The notes beneath the pieces are model-generated. The model saw nothing but the letters and a program-made list of their open reading frames with translations, made no database searches and was not told where the DNA came from. From the NCBI GenBank assembly GCA_965215605.1, contig OZ244070.1, positions 2,400,001 to 2,464,000 on the forward strand: a stretch of DNA of 64,000 nt. Reading direction: 5' to 3'. The stretch is from an uncultured Candidatus Binatia bacterium. GTDB lineage: Bacteria; Desulfobacterota; Binatia; UBA9968; JAJDTQ01. Positions 10,360 to 19,354 of this stretch are shown here, piece after piece; position 1 is the first letter of the stretch; each line of letters begins with the position of its first letter. Position numbers and translations under genes: made by a program.

Positions 10360-10680
10360 ATGGACAGACAACCGGAACAAGAAGGATCGAAACCCCGCGT
10401 GATCCGGCACCGCGTACGGGCGGCCGCCGAGGGTTTGCGGCGAGTCGAAGTCGCCGTGCCTGCAGACGACGCTGGGTTCGTAAAGGCCGTGGCCAGCGCT
10501 CTTCGCGCGGGTGGTGAAGAGGCCACGAGGGTACGCGAGGCGTTCGCCTCCATGACGGCCATCGAACCCGCGCGCAGCGGCGCCGAGTTGCTGGCTTTTC
10601 TGCGTGCCTCGCCGCTGGTGGGTGAGGACTTGACGTTCGAGCGCGATCGAACCACAGGACGCGCCATCGATCTCGACTAA
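10360..10680 (+). CDS. Probable antitoxin of a VapBC-type pair
   Basis: 106 aa; C-terminus LLAFLRASPLVGEDLTFERD resembles PIN-toxin antitoxin tails; directly followed by a PIN N-terminal stub. Confidence 0.55.
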   Translation: MDRQPEQEGSKPRVIRHRVRAAAEGLRRVEVAVPADDAGFVKAVASALRAGGEEATRVREAFASMTAIEPARSGAELLAFLRASPLVGEDLTFERDRTTGRAIDLD

Positions 10681-10740
10681 ATGGCTTACCTGATCGACAC
10701 AAATGGGGATCGGTTCTTGCTGGTACATATAACCCGATGA
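10681..10740 (+). pseudogene. Truncated VapC/PIN toxin stub
   Basis: MAYLIDTN (typical PIN start) followed by unrelated sequence and a stop after 19 codons. Confidence 0.6.
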
Positions 10741-11386
10741 ATTTAGGATGTTTTCTCTGGCATTTTCTCAACCTCTCCTATGACCGTAAGCGAATCGCAA
10801 GCGGATTGAGTACAAGGACCGCGTCCCCTAGCGCACTCACGTCTCGTAACCGTTCCGGCAAATTCCGGCAAACCGTGGAAGATCTCGGACCGGAGGTGAA
10901 GTCGGTGCATGGGACCAAAGCAGATTCCGCGACTTTCGATCTGCGTTGCCTCCTCCCCTCGCGCGAATCTCCCACGGGCCGACGGAACGCTTACCACGTC
11001 TCACGTCCTCTTCCCTTGGGGTTTAGGGTTTCTGGTGCATACCTCGGCCGGTCCCGCTTGATTCAACCTTCCTTCGACTAAGATACGAACCAACTGCCGG
11101 GGGTAAGCCCGGCTCGCCGTCCCGTATCCAGAGTGAATTCGCCGGACAGGGTCGGGTCTCGAACGCGGTGAGCGCCGTCCGAGCCCCGCGTTTCTTCGGT
11201 GTCGAGGAACCGCAAGCGATGTTGTTCCGCAGGTGCTTGCGGATGCCGAGACACGGGTTGGTGGTCGCTCGACAAACCGCCTATGGCCGGAGTACAGAAT
11301 TTGTACTAGATTGTTTCCGCCTCTGGCCGGTGCAAACCCTGAACCGCCGGTGTCAGGGCAATAGGGGAACTGGTGGAGTATGATCG

Positions 11387-11717
11387 GTGGGCACGAAAGC
11401 TAAGCGAAATTCGACCAATCGCACCGTTGCCAGTCTGTTTTCTGGCTGTGGTGGCTTCGACATAGGATTCAAACAGGAGGGTTTTCGCCCGATTGGTGCC
11501 TTTGACAACGATTCGCGTGTGGTCACTATCTACAACCAAAATGTGGCTCCTGTCGCATCTGTCTACGACCTTGCCAGCAACACGCCTCACGTCAAACCGG
11601 ACGTCCTTTTGGCTGGCTCACCCTGCCAAGGGTTCTCGACCGCGGGGAAACGGGACCTGAATGATCCCCGCAACGACCTCCTCGTGCGCGCTGGTATCAT
11701 TGCTCTTGAACTCACAA
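11387..11717 (+). pseudogene. N-terminal fragment of a C5 DNA cytosine methyltransferase
   Basis: Motif I SLFSGCGGFDIG, motif IV LLAGSPCQGFS, then DPRN; ends at the IS left end before motif VI (ENV). Confidence 0.85.
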
Positions 11718-11784
11718 TGAGGTGGTCCTGGAAAATCGGACAGGTTGCTAAGGTGTATTCCACCGACTTAGGGAGGGATACGCA

Positions 11785-12066
11785 ATGAGCACACGACGAA
11801 GGTTCAGCGGAGAGTTCAAGGCGAAGGTGGCGCTGGAGGCGCTGCGGGGGGACAAGACGATCCAGGAGATCGCTGTGCGGCACAAGGTTCATCCGAACCA
11901 GGTGAGCACGTGGAAGCAGCGGGCGGTGGAGGGGATGAAGGAGGTCTTCACGAAGGGGGCGGAGCGGACGAGGGGCGACCACGAGGGGGAGATTCGGGAC
12001 CTGCACGCGAAGATCGGGGAGTTGACGGTGGAGCGGGATTTTTTGGCCAAAGGGCTCAAGTGGTGA
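11785..12066 (+). CDS. IS3-family transposase OrfA
   Basis: RRRFSGEFKAKVALEA, HTH (VHPNQVSTWK), leucine zipper LHAKIGELTVERDFL. Confidence 0.92.
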   Translation: MSTRRRFSGEFKAKVALEALRGDKTIQEIAVRHKVHPNQVSTWKQRAVEGMKEVFTKGAERTRGDHEGEIRDLHAKIGELTVERDFLAKGLKW

Positions 12067-12986
12067 GCCGGGAGAAGCGCCGGGGGATGATCGAGCCCGG
12101 CCATCCCAAGCTCAGCTTGAGCCGTCAATGCCATCTGCTTCGAGTGAGTCGATCCTCCGTGTACCACAGGCCCAAGGGCGAGAGCGCGGAGAATCTGGCG
12201 CTGATGCGCCGGATCGACAAGCTGTTCCTGGAGTACCCCTTCTACGGCAGCCGCCAGATGGTCCGCCATCTGTGGCGGGAGGGCGACCGTGTGGGTCGTC
12301 ACCGGGTGCGGCGTCTGATGCGCCTGATGGGTCTCCAGGCCATCTACCAGGCGCCGCGGACCACCCGACCGCATCCCGAGCACCGGGTCTACCCCTATCG
12401 GCTCAAGGGGGTCGCCATCGAACGGCCCAATCACGCGTGGACCGCAGATATAACCTATATCCCTGTCCAGAGTGGCTTCCTGTACCTGGTGGCGGTGATG
12501 GACTGGGCCACCCGCCGGGTGCTCTCCTGGAGGCTGTCGAACACCCTCGATGCCCGCTTCTGTGTCGAGGCCCTCTCAGAGGCTCTGGAACGCTACGGCC
12601 CTCCCGAGATCTTCAACACCGACCAGGGCAGCCAGTTCACCAGCCTGGAGTTCACCTCCGTGCTCAAGGACGCCGGCGTCGCCATCTCCATGGACGGCAG
12701 GGGCCGGTGCATGGACAACATCTTCATCGAGCGCCTGTGGCGCTCCCTCAAGTACGAGGCCGTCTACCTGCACGAGCTCTCGGACGGCTTCGCCGCCCTG
12801 CGGGTCATCGCCCGGTGGGTGGCCTTCTACAACACCCAAAGGCCTCATTCCGCCCTCGCCGGCTCCACCCCGGCGGAGGCCTACGAACGAGGACTCCAGA
12901 GGCAGGCCGGACCTCACACCCCGCCCGCCCCTCTGCCAGTTCCATCGGAACACGAAGACGTGATAAACGGCACCTTGGCGGCATGA
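12063..12986 (+). CDS. IS3-family transposase OrfB (DDE)
   Basis: YGSRQM, WTADITY, NTDQGSQF, DNIFIERLWRSLKYE; -1 frame relative to OrfA with a T6 run near the OrfA end; GTGA overlap. Confidence 0.92.
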   Translation: MSREKRRGMIEPGHPKLSLSRQCHLLRVSRSSVYHRPKGESAENLALMRRIDKLFLEYPFYGSRQMVRHLWREGDRVGRHRVRRLMRLMGLQAIYQAPRTTRPHPEHRVYPYRLKGVAIERPNHAWTADITYIPVQSGFLYLVAVMDWATRRVLSWRLSNTLDARFCVEALSEALERYGPPEIFNTDQGSQFTSLEFTSVLKDAGVAISMDGRGRCMDNIFIERLWRSLKYEAVYLHELSDGFAALRVIARWVAFYNTQRPHSALAGSTPAEAYERGLQRQAGPHTPPAPLPVPSEHEDVINGTLAA

Positions 12987-13108
12987 TCGAACGTCTGGAA
13001 TACACCTTATCTCCGCCGCCTACCTGTCCTACAAACCAGGACCACCTCACAACATGAGATCGTGATCCAGACGCTGATCTCCATGGGCGAGCCAAAGGAA
13101 GTTTAGTT

Positions 13109-13396
13109 ATGAATTGCGTATCTATTGATATCGGCCCGATCCTTCGCCAAGTCGTCATCAACGTATCCGATAACCCGGAATACGCTGCATTCTTCAACGA
13201 CGAGACGGACTCGTACTTCAGCGTAAATGGCCGCACGTACGTACGCGGATGGAGCCCCAGGTACGTCAAGGCGGCCGTAGTCCATGAATGGTCCGTAAGG
13301 GAAAACGGAGTCACCGTGGGCACGGGTGCAGACTACTACTTTTGCGCTAGAGTTGTAAGGGATAAGCCCGCACGGTCCGTACCCTTCCCTTCCTAG
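13109..13396 (+). CDS. Hypothetical protein, 95 aa
   Basis: ATG preceded by AAGGAAG; lower GC than host genes; no recognisable motif. Confidence 0.45.
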   Translation: MNCVSIDIGPILRQVVINVSDNPEYAAFFNDETDSYFSVNGRTYVRGWSPRYVKAAVVHEWSVRENGVTVGTGADYYFCARVVRDKPARSVPFPS

Positions 13397-13400
13397 GCCG

Positions 13401-13431
13401 AAACACTTCCCTGCCCTTGAGGGAAGTGTTT
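13401..13431. terminator. Perfect 12-bp hairpin, possible terminator
   Basis: AAACACTTCCCT-GCCCTTG-AGGGAAGTGTTT just after the stop of 13109..13396. Confidence 0.5.
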
Positions 13432-13518
13432 AAGGGTCGTTCCCTTAATGACGAGGCTACGCCCCAACAAGACCAGGGCTGAATGCCTCCCGGTTTCAGC
13501 GGACTTCAACAAGACAAT

Positions 13519-13553
13519 CTTGAATATTGCGTACCCAAAGCGTAATATTCAAG
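13519..13553 (+). promoter_or_regulatory. Palindromic promoter/operator of the first AAA+/DUF4143 gene
   Basis: CTTGAATATTGCG-N9-CGTAATATTCAAG (12/13 inverted repeat) containing TTGAAT-17 bp-TAATAT. Confidence 0.55.
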
Positions 13554-13556
13554 GAA

Positions 13557-14705
13557 GTGTCTCTCGTTGAGCGAACCGCAATCGAGTCCCAGGTCACCCG
13601 TGCGTTACGACGCAGCCGGGGTGTGGTGCTACTGGGTCCGCGCCAGTCGGGCAAGACGACAGTGGCGCGCCGCATCGCAAGCAGTCAGCAGGCCGAGTAT
13701 TTCGATCTCGAGGACCCCACCGATTTGGCGCGGCTGGCGGCGCCCAAGATGGTGCTGGAGCGCGCCCGGGGTCTGGTCGTCCTGGATGAGATTCAGTTGC
13801 GCGTGGATCTGCTGCCTTTGCTGCGGGTGCTCCTTGACCGGCAGCCGCTTCCGGCCAGGTTTCTGCTTCTGGGCAGTGCGGCGCCGGAAATCGTGCGGGG
13901 AGCTTCCGAGACCCTCGCCGGCAGAGTCGAGCTGGTTGCCATGACGGGTCTCCGCTTGGCGGAGGTGGGCCTCGTCAGCCGCGACAGGCTGTGGCTGCGG
14001 GGCGGCTTCCCGCCGTCGTTCCTGGCCGATTCCGACGAGGACAGCTTCGCTTGGCGTGAGAGCTTTGTGCAGACGTTCGTCGAGCGGGACCTCCGCCGCC
14101 TGGGTTTCGAGATGGCGCCCGCGGCCATGCGCCGCTTTCTGACGATGATGGCCCATCTCCACGGGCAGCGATGGAATGCCTCTGCCGTGAGTTCTTCGCT
14201 TGGCGTATCGCAGAATACGGTGCGGCGATATCTGGACCTGCTCTCGGGCGCGTATCTGACTCGCCAACTGCATCCTTGGTTCGAGAATGTCGGCAAGCGG
14301 CTGGTCAAATCACCGAAGGTCTACGTCAGGGACACCGGTTTGCTGCATGCCCTGCTGGGCTTGGAGCGTCAACGCGAAGTGGAGTCCCACCCCGGCCATG
14401 GCGCGTCGTGGGAGGGGCTCTGCGTCGAGGAGATCGTCGCCGTTCACGGTGAGCGCCGTTGCTGGTTCTGGGCCACTCACGGCGGAGCCGAGCTGGACGT
14501 GCTGGTGCTCGACCACGGCCGGCGCATCGGTTACGAATGCAAGTTGACGGACAACCCGAGCATGACGAAGTCGATGCACGTGGTGCTGGCCGATCTCAAG
14601 CTTGACCATCTGTTCGTCGTCTACCCCGGGGAGGAACGGTTCCCGCTCGCGGAGCGGGTGACCGCCATCGGACTGGCTGAAATCGGGCGGGCCCCTTCTC
14701 AATAG
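13557..14705 (+). CDS. AAA+ ATPase (AAA_14) with DUF4143 domain
   Basis: LLGPRQSGKTT, LDEIQ, LLGSA, ETLAGRV, GGFP, KSPKVYVRDTG, ELD...YECK; start uncertain (13527 or 13557). Confidence 0.88.
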   Translation: MSLVERTAIESQVTRALRRSRGVVLLGPRQSGKTTVARRIASSQQAEYFDLEDPTDLARLAAPKMVLERARGLVVLDEIQLRVDLLPLLRVLLDRQPLPARFLLLGSAAPEIVRGASETLAGRVELVAMTGLRLAEVGLVSRDRLWLRGGFPPSFLADSDEDSFAWRESFVQTFVERDLRRLGFEMAPAAMRRFLTMMAHLHGQRWNASAVSSSLGVSQNTVRRYLDLLSGAYLTRQLHPWFENVGKRLVKSPKVYVRDTGLLHALLGLERQREVESHPGHGASWEGLCVEEIVAVHGERRCWFWATHGGAELDVLVLDHGRRIGYECKLTDNPSMTKSMHVVLADLKLDHLFVVYPGEERFPLAERVTAIGLAEIGRAPSQ

Positions 14706-14737
14706 ACGCCGGGACAAATTACTTGTCGGCGCCGTCT

Positions 14738-15391
14738 TTATTCCTTGTCGTTGACGCCCACCACCACGGTGTAGAGCGAGAAGCGGGAGTACCGGTAGTG
14801 CTTGCAGCCGCTGAATCCCGTTTCCTCCAGAAACGGCTTCAGCTTGAGGTCGGTGCTCCAGCCCAGCCGGCGGGTGATGGGATCGAGGGAATGCGTGAGT
14901 TTGCCCCAGAAGGGCGACTCGGTGGTGAAGTGGTTGACGATGACGATGGTCCCGCCGGGACGGCACACGCGCTGCATCTCGGACATCATCTTGACAGGGT
15001 CGGGCACCACGGTCACCACGTGGAACGCCATCACGTAGTCGAAAGTGTTGTCCGGAAAGGAGAGGTCGAGGGCGTCCATCTGCTCGACTTCGAGGTGACG
15101 CCAGTTGTTCTTGGCGATCTTCTCCTTGGCGTGGGCCAGCATTTTGGGCGCCTGGTCGACGCCGACGACATGGCAGTCGTGGGGATAGGCGGGAAACGAC
15201 GTGCCGGTGCCGACGCCGACTTCCAGGATCTCGGCCCCGGCCGGCAGCCGCAGGTTCTGTATCACGGTCCGTTCGCGGGAGTAGAAGAACTTCGCGAAGG
15301 TCTTGTCGTAAAGGGGGGCCAGATCGGAGTAAAGCCTGCTTTCGTGCGCTCCCAACTCGGCCATGTTCTTGCGTGAGTCCGTTCGCGACAT
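14738..15391 (-). CDS. Class I SAM methyltransferase, phosphatidylethanolamine N-methyltransferase (PmtA)-like
   Basis: LAPLYD, ILEVGVGTG, MDALDLSFPDNTFD, RVCRPGG, VNHF. Confidence 0.75.
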   Translation of the reverse strand: MSRTDSRKNMAELGAHESRLYSDLAPLYDKTFAKFFYSRERTVIQNLRLPAGAEILEVGVGTGTSFPAYPHDCHVVGVDQAPKMLAHAKEKIAKNNWRHLEVEQMDALDLSFPDNTFDYVMAFHVVTVVPDPVKMMSEMQRVCRPGGTIVIVNHFTTESPFWGKLTHSLDPITRRLGWSTDLKLKPFLEETGFSGCKHYRYSRFSLYTVVVGVNDKE

Positions 15392-15642
15392 GCGGACCGT
15401 CCGATGAGGTGGTTGAACTCGCTAACGTTGTTTAGAGAAAAGAGAAAAAGCTTGGGACACTGGGCCAATTGAGTATCAACTCCCGGCGTTTTTGTCAAGG
15501 TAGGGGCGCGGGGCCAGCGGTACCGGCCGGTTGGTAATCCTTCATGTTCTTGGCTAGATTGAACACTGGCCGCCTTCCGGTGTATCCACTTCCGTGAGGC
15601 TTTCAACTACCCGATTTACAAGGGGTTCGGTTTCTTCCCGTC

Positions 15643-17391
15643 ATGGCCGGCATCGCACGGTTAACCGACTATCTGTGGCAGTACTGGCGCCGCTATCTGC
15701 TGGGGGGGTTGTGCCTGGTGGGCACCACCAGCCTGCTGATGCTGGTGCCGTGGTGGGTGCGGGGCGCCATCGACGTCATCGAACGGGGCGACCCCCGTTC
15801 CGAGCTGGGCGGCTACGTGCTGTGGATCGCCCTGGCCGCCATCGGGGGCGGCCTGCTGCGAGGCGTCTCCCGCTCCATCATCTTCAACGCCGGCCGGAAC
15901 GTCGAGTACGACATCCGGAACGACCTCTTCGCCCATCTCGAGAAGCTGCCCCTGGGCTACTACCAGTCCCAGCGCACCGGCGACCTCATGTCCCGGGCCA
16001 TCAACGACATCAATGCCGTGCGGCAGTTGCTGGGCCCCGGGTTCCTCAACCTGGTGAACACCCCCCTCTACTTCGTCTACGCGGCGGTGTTCATGTTCGC
16101 CATGAACGTGCAGTTGACGCTGGCGGTGGCGGCGTGCCTGACGCTGCTGGCGTTCGTGTTCCGGCAGTTCCGGGGCCGCATCCAACAGGCCTCGCTGCGG
16201 GTCCAGCGGCAGATGTCCCGCATGAGCGCCCACGTCCAGGAGAACCTCAGCGGGATGCATGTGGTCAAGGCGTACGTGCAGGCGGAGCCCCAGACGGTCC
16301 GGTTCACCGAACTCAACGACGAGTACCGTGGGCGCAGCATGGACCTGGCCCGCTGCCGGGGTATGATCAACCCCTTGATGGTGGCGCTGCACGGGCTCAC
16401 GGTGCTGGTGGTGTTGTGGTACGGCGGCTGGCTGACCATCCGCGACCAGACCGGGGTGGCGGACCTGGTGGCGTTCATCCTGTACCTGAACGTCCTGGCC
16501 TGGCCCATGGCGGCCTTCGGCTGGATGATCTCGCTGATCGAGCGCGGCCGCGCCGCCATGGAGCGGCTGGAAGAGATCTTCGCGGTCGAGCCCGCCATTG
16601 CCGATCCGGAACGGCCGGCGCCGCTGACGGACAGGGAGCGGGGCATCGAGTTCGAGAACGTGTCCTTCGCCTACGACGGCGACGGCAAGCCCGAGCCGGT
16701 GCTCCGGGACATCAGCTTCGAGGTGGCGCCGGGCCGCAAGGTGGCCATCGTCGGACGCACCGGCTCGGGCAAGAGCACCCTGACGCACCTGATCCCGCGG
16801 CTCCACGACGTCACCTCCGGCGCCATCCGCATGGGCGGCGTCGATATCCGGTCGCTGTCGCTGGAAGAGCTGCGGGGCGCCATCGGCTACGCGCCCCAGG
16901 ACCCCTTCCTGTTCTCCACCTCCATCCAGGAAAACCTGAAGTTCGGCGACGCCGAGGCCAGCGAGCAGGAAGTTCGGCGCGTCCTGGGCGTGGCCGATCT
17001 CGAAAGCGAGGTGGAGGTCTTCCCGGACGGTCTCGACACCCGTGTGGGGGAGCGGGGCATCACCCTCTCCGGCGGCCAGAAGCAGCGGGCCACCCTGGCC
17101 CGGGCGATCCTGGCGGACCCCGACTTCCTGATCCTGGACGACTGCCTTTCGAGCGTGGACTCGCAGACCGAGCAGCGGATTCTCCACGGCTTCGAGAGCG
17201 TCCTCAAGGACAAGACCTGCATCATCATCTCCCACCGGATGGCGGTGATCAGCCAGGCCGACGAGATCCTGGTGCTGGAGGACGGCCGCATCGTCGAGCG
17301 CGGCAACCACGAGTCGCTGCTCCGCGCCGGCGGGGTCTACGCGCAGATGTACCGGCGGCAGCAGATGTCCGAGGAGTTGGACGAGCTCTGA
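15643..17391 (+). CDS. ABC exporter, fused TMD-NBD (MdlA-like)
   Basis: Six TM segments, GRTGSGKS, LSGGQKQR, degenerate Walker B ILDDCLS. Confidence 0.92.
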   Translation: MAGIARLTDYLWQYWRRYLLGGLCLVGTTSLLMLVPWWVRGAIDVIERGDPRSELGGYVLWIALAAIGGGLLRGVSRSIIFNAGRNVEYDIRNDLFAHLEKLPLGYYQSQRTGDLMSRAINDINAVRQLLGPGFLNLVNTPLYFVYAAVFMFAMNVQLTLAVAACLTLLAFVFRQFRGRIQQASLRVQRQMSRMSAHVQENLSGMHVVKAYVQAEPQTVRFTELNDEYRGRSMDLARCRGMINPLMVALHGLTVLVVLWYGGWLTIRDQTGVADLVAFILYLNVLAWPMAAFGWMISLIERGRAAMERLEEIFAVEPAIADPERPAPLTDRERGIEFENVSFAYDGDGKPEPVLRDISFEVAPGRKVAIVGRTGSGKSTLTHLIPRLHDVTSGAIRMGGVDIRSLSLEELRGAIGYAPQDPFLFSTSIQENLKFGDAEASEQEVRRVLGVADLESEVEVFPDGLDTRVGERGITLSGGQKQRATLARAILADPDFLILDDCLSSVDSQTEQRILHGFESVLKDKTCIIISHRMAVISQADEILVLEDGRIVERGNHESLLRAGGVYAQMYRRQQMSEELDEL

Positions 17392-17394
17392 GCG

Positions 17395-19332
17395 ATGGCA
17401 CGCGGACCCGGGAATATCGGCGCAATGAACGCACGGGAAGAGCAGGAGACCGTTGCCGGCAAGGCCTACGATGTAGAGCTGGCCCGGCGGTTGTGGCGTT
17501 TCATCCGGCCGCACCGGAGGTTGTTCTTCCTGTCGGCGCTGCTGCTGCCGGTGCACCAAGTCTTCAATCTGGTCCAGCCGCTGCTCCTCAAGGCCGGCTT
17601 CGACGCCGTGGCGGCCGGCGACGGCGTCACGCTGCTCACCACCGGCGTGCTGTTCGGCGCGGCCCTGTTGGCCGAAGCCGCGGCCTTCTTCTTCCAGTAC
17701 TACCTTTCCATGCTGGTGGCCCAACGGTGTCTCGCCGACCTGCGCGTGGAGATCTTCTCCCACGTGCAGCGGCTGCCCATGAGCTACTTCGACCGCAACC
17801 CCGTGGGCCGGGTCATGACCCGCATGACCACGGACGTCGAGGTGCTGCAGGAGATGTTCGCGGCCGGGGCCATGAACCTGGTGGCCGATCTCGTCCTGAT
17901 CGCCGCCATCGTCGCCATCATGATGTCGCTCCACATGGGGCTGGCGCTGGTGTCGCTGGCGATGATGCCTTTCCTGCTGCTGGGCATCAACGTCTTCCGC
18001 GTCAAGGCGCGTCAGACCTACCGGCTGATCCGGACCCGCATCGCCCGGGTCAACGCCTACCTCGGCGAAGCCATTCCGGGCATGGCCGTGATCCAGCTCT
18101 TCAACCGGCAGGAGCGGAGCTTCGAGGAGTTCGACGACCTCAACGGGGCCCACCGGGACGCCATCCGGCGCTCCAACGTCTATGAGGCGTCGCTGTTCTC
18201 CATGGTCGAGGCCGCGGGCTCGCTGAGCATCGCGCTGCTGCTCTGGTACGGCGGCGGCGAGGTGCTGCAGGGGATCGTGGGCATCGGCACGTTCGTGGCC
18301 TTCAGCGAGTACATCCGCCGGCTGTTCGTGCCGCTGCGCGACTTCAGCAACAAGTACGCCGTGATCCAGGCTGCCATGACCGCGGCCGAGCGCATCTTCG
18401 AGCTGCTGGATACGGCGCCGGAGCGGTCGGGCCGGGCTGCTTCCCCGGACCCCGCTCCGGGGGCCGTCGCCCTTGCGCCCGTCGGCGTCCCCGCGTCTGG
18501 CGTCCCCGGGCCTGCCGCCGCCGCATCCGCGCCCGCGGTGATCCGACCTTCCCGCGGCGCGGTGGAGTTCGACGACGTGTGGTTCAGCTACCGGCCCAAC
18601 GACCCGGTGCTCAAGGGCGTGTCCTTCCGGATCGAGCCGGGCGAGCGGGTGGCCGTCATCGGCGCCACCGGTTCCGGCAAGACCACCACCATCAAGCTCA
18701 TGAGCCGGTTCTACGACGTGGACAGCGGCGTCGTGCGCGTGGGCGGCCGTGACGTTCGTGAATGGGACCTCGACGCCCTGCGGCGCCACATGGGGGTGGT
18801 GCTCCAGGACGTGTTCCTGTTCTCCGGGGACATCCTCTCGAACCTGAAGCTGGGCAACCCCGACGTCTCCGAGGACCGGATCCGGGCGGCTCTCCGCAAC
18901 GCCAACGCCGAGGGTTTCGTCCGGCGCCTGCCCGGCGGCTTGCAGGCCCCGGTGCGGGAGCGGGGCAACAACCTGTCGGCCGGACAACGGCAACTGCTGG
19001 CGCTGGTGCGGATGTTCGTCGTCGACCCGGAGATCCTGGTGCTGGACGAGGCCACCTCCAGCGTCGACACCGAGACCGAGTTCCTGGTGCAGGGGGCCTT
19101 CGAGAAGATCATGGCCAACCGCACCTGCCTGGTCATCGCCCACCGGCTTTCGACCATCCGGAACGCGGACCGCATCGTGGTCTTCCACCGGGGCGTGATC
19201 CGCGAGATGGGTTCCCACGCCGAGTTGATGGAGAAGGGCGGGGTGTACTACCGGCTCCACCAGTTGCAGTTCCAGGGGGAGGGCGGCGGCGCGGCCGCGG
19301 CGGGAACCCGCGATGCGGCGGCCGTGGACTAG
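17395..19332 (+). CDS. ABC exporter, fused TMD-NBD (MdlB-like), likely heterodimer partner
   Basis: GATGSGKT, LSAGQRQL, VLDEATS, AHRLST; Ala/Pro-rich linker before the NBD. Confidence 0.92.
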   Translation: MARGPGNIGAMNAREEQETVAGKAYDVELARRLWRFIRPHRRLFFLSALLLPVHQVFNLVQPLLLKAGFDAVAAGDGVTLLTTGVLFGAALLAEAAAFFFQYYLSMLVAQRCLADLRVEIFSHVQRLPMSYFDRNPVGRVMTRMTTDVEVLQEMFAAGAMNLVADLVLIAAIVAIMMSLHMGLALVSLAMMPFLLLGINVFRVKARQTYRLIRTRIARVNAYLGEAIPGMAVIQLFNRQERSFEEFDDLNGAHRDAIRRSNVYEASLFSMVEAAGSLSIALLLWYGGGEVLQGIVGIGTFVAFSEYIRRLFVPLRDFSNKYAVIQAAMTAAERIFELLDTAPERSGRAASPDPAPGAVALAPVGVPASGVPGPAAAASAPAVIRPSRGAVEFDDVWFSYRPNDPVLKGVSFRIEPGERVAVIGATGSGKTTTIKLMSRFYDVDSGVVRVGGRDVREWDLDALRRHMGVVLQDVFLFSGDILSNLKLGNPDVSEDRIRAALRNANAEGFVRRLPGGLQAPVRERGNNLSAGQRQLLALVRMFVVDPEILVLDEATSSVDTETEFLVQGAFEKIMANRTCLVIAHRLSTIRNADRIVVFHRGVIREMGSHAELMEKGGVYYRLHQLQFQGEGGGAAAAGTRDAAAVD

Positions 19333-19354
19333 CCGCGCGCCGGGAGCGCCGGCC

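Larger units (their letters stand above)
11718..13049 (+). mobile_element. IS3-family insertion sequence, 1332 bp
   Basis: TG...CA ends; IRL TGAGGTGGTCCTGGAAAATCGGACAGG vs reverse-complemented IRR TGAGGTGGTCCTGGTTTGTAGGACAGG (22/27); 3-bp direct repeat CAA at 11715-11717 and 13050-13052. Confidence 0.93.

Noticed and set aside
10741-11386. Short ORFs and a TTCCGGCAAA direct repeat in the lower-GC spacer
   Set aside because: No recognisable protein motif in the frames I examined; likely decayed DNA
18415-18560. Ala/Pro-rich insertion in the second ABC transporter as a possible mobile repeat
   Set aside because: In-frame low-complexity linker with no repeat unit or second copy
15661-19260. 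Very long antisense or alternate-frame ORFs (e.g. 1199 aa here; also 919..2928, 26116..29001, 49440..51602, 40265..42217)
   Set aside because: Shadow ORFs of real high-GC genes; no motifs
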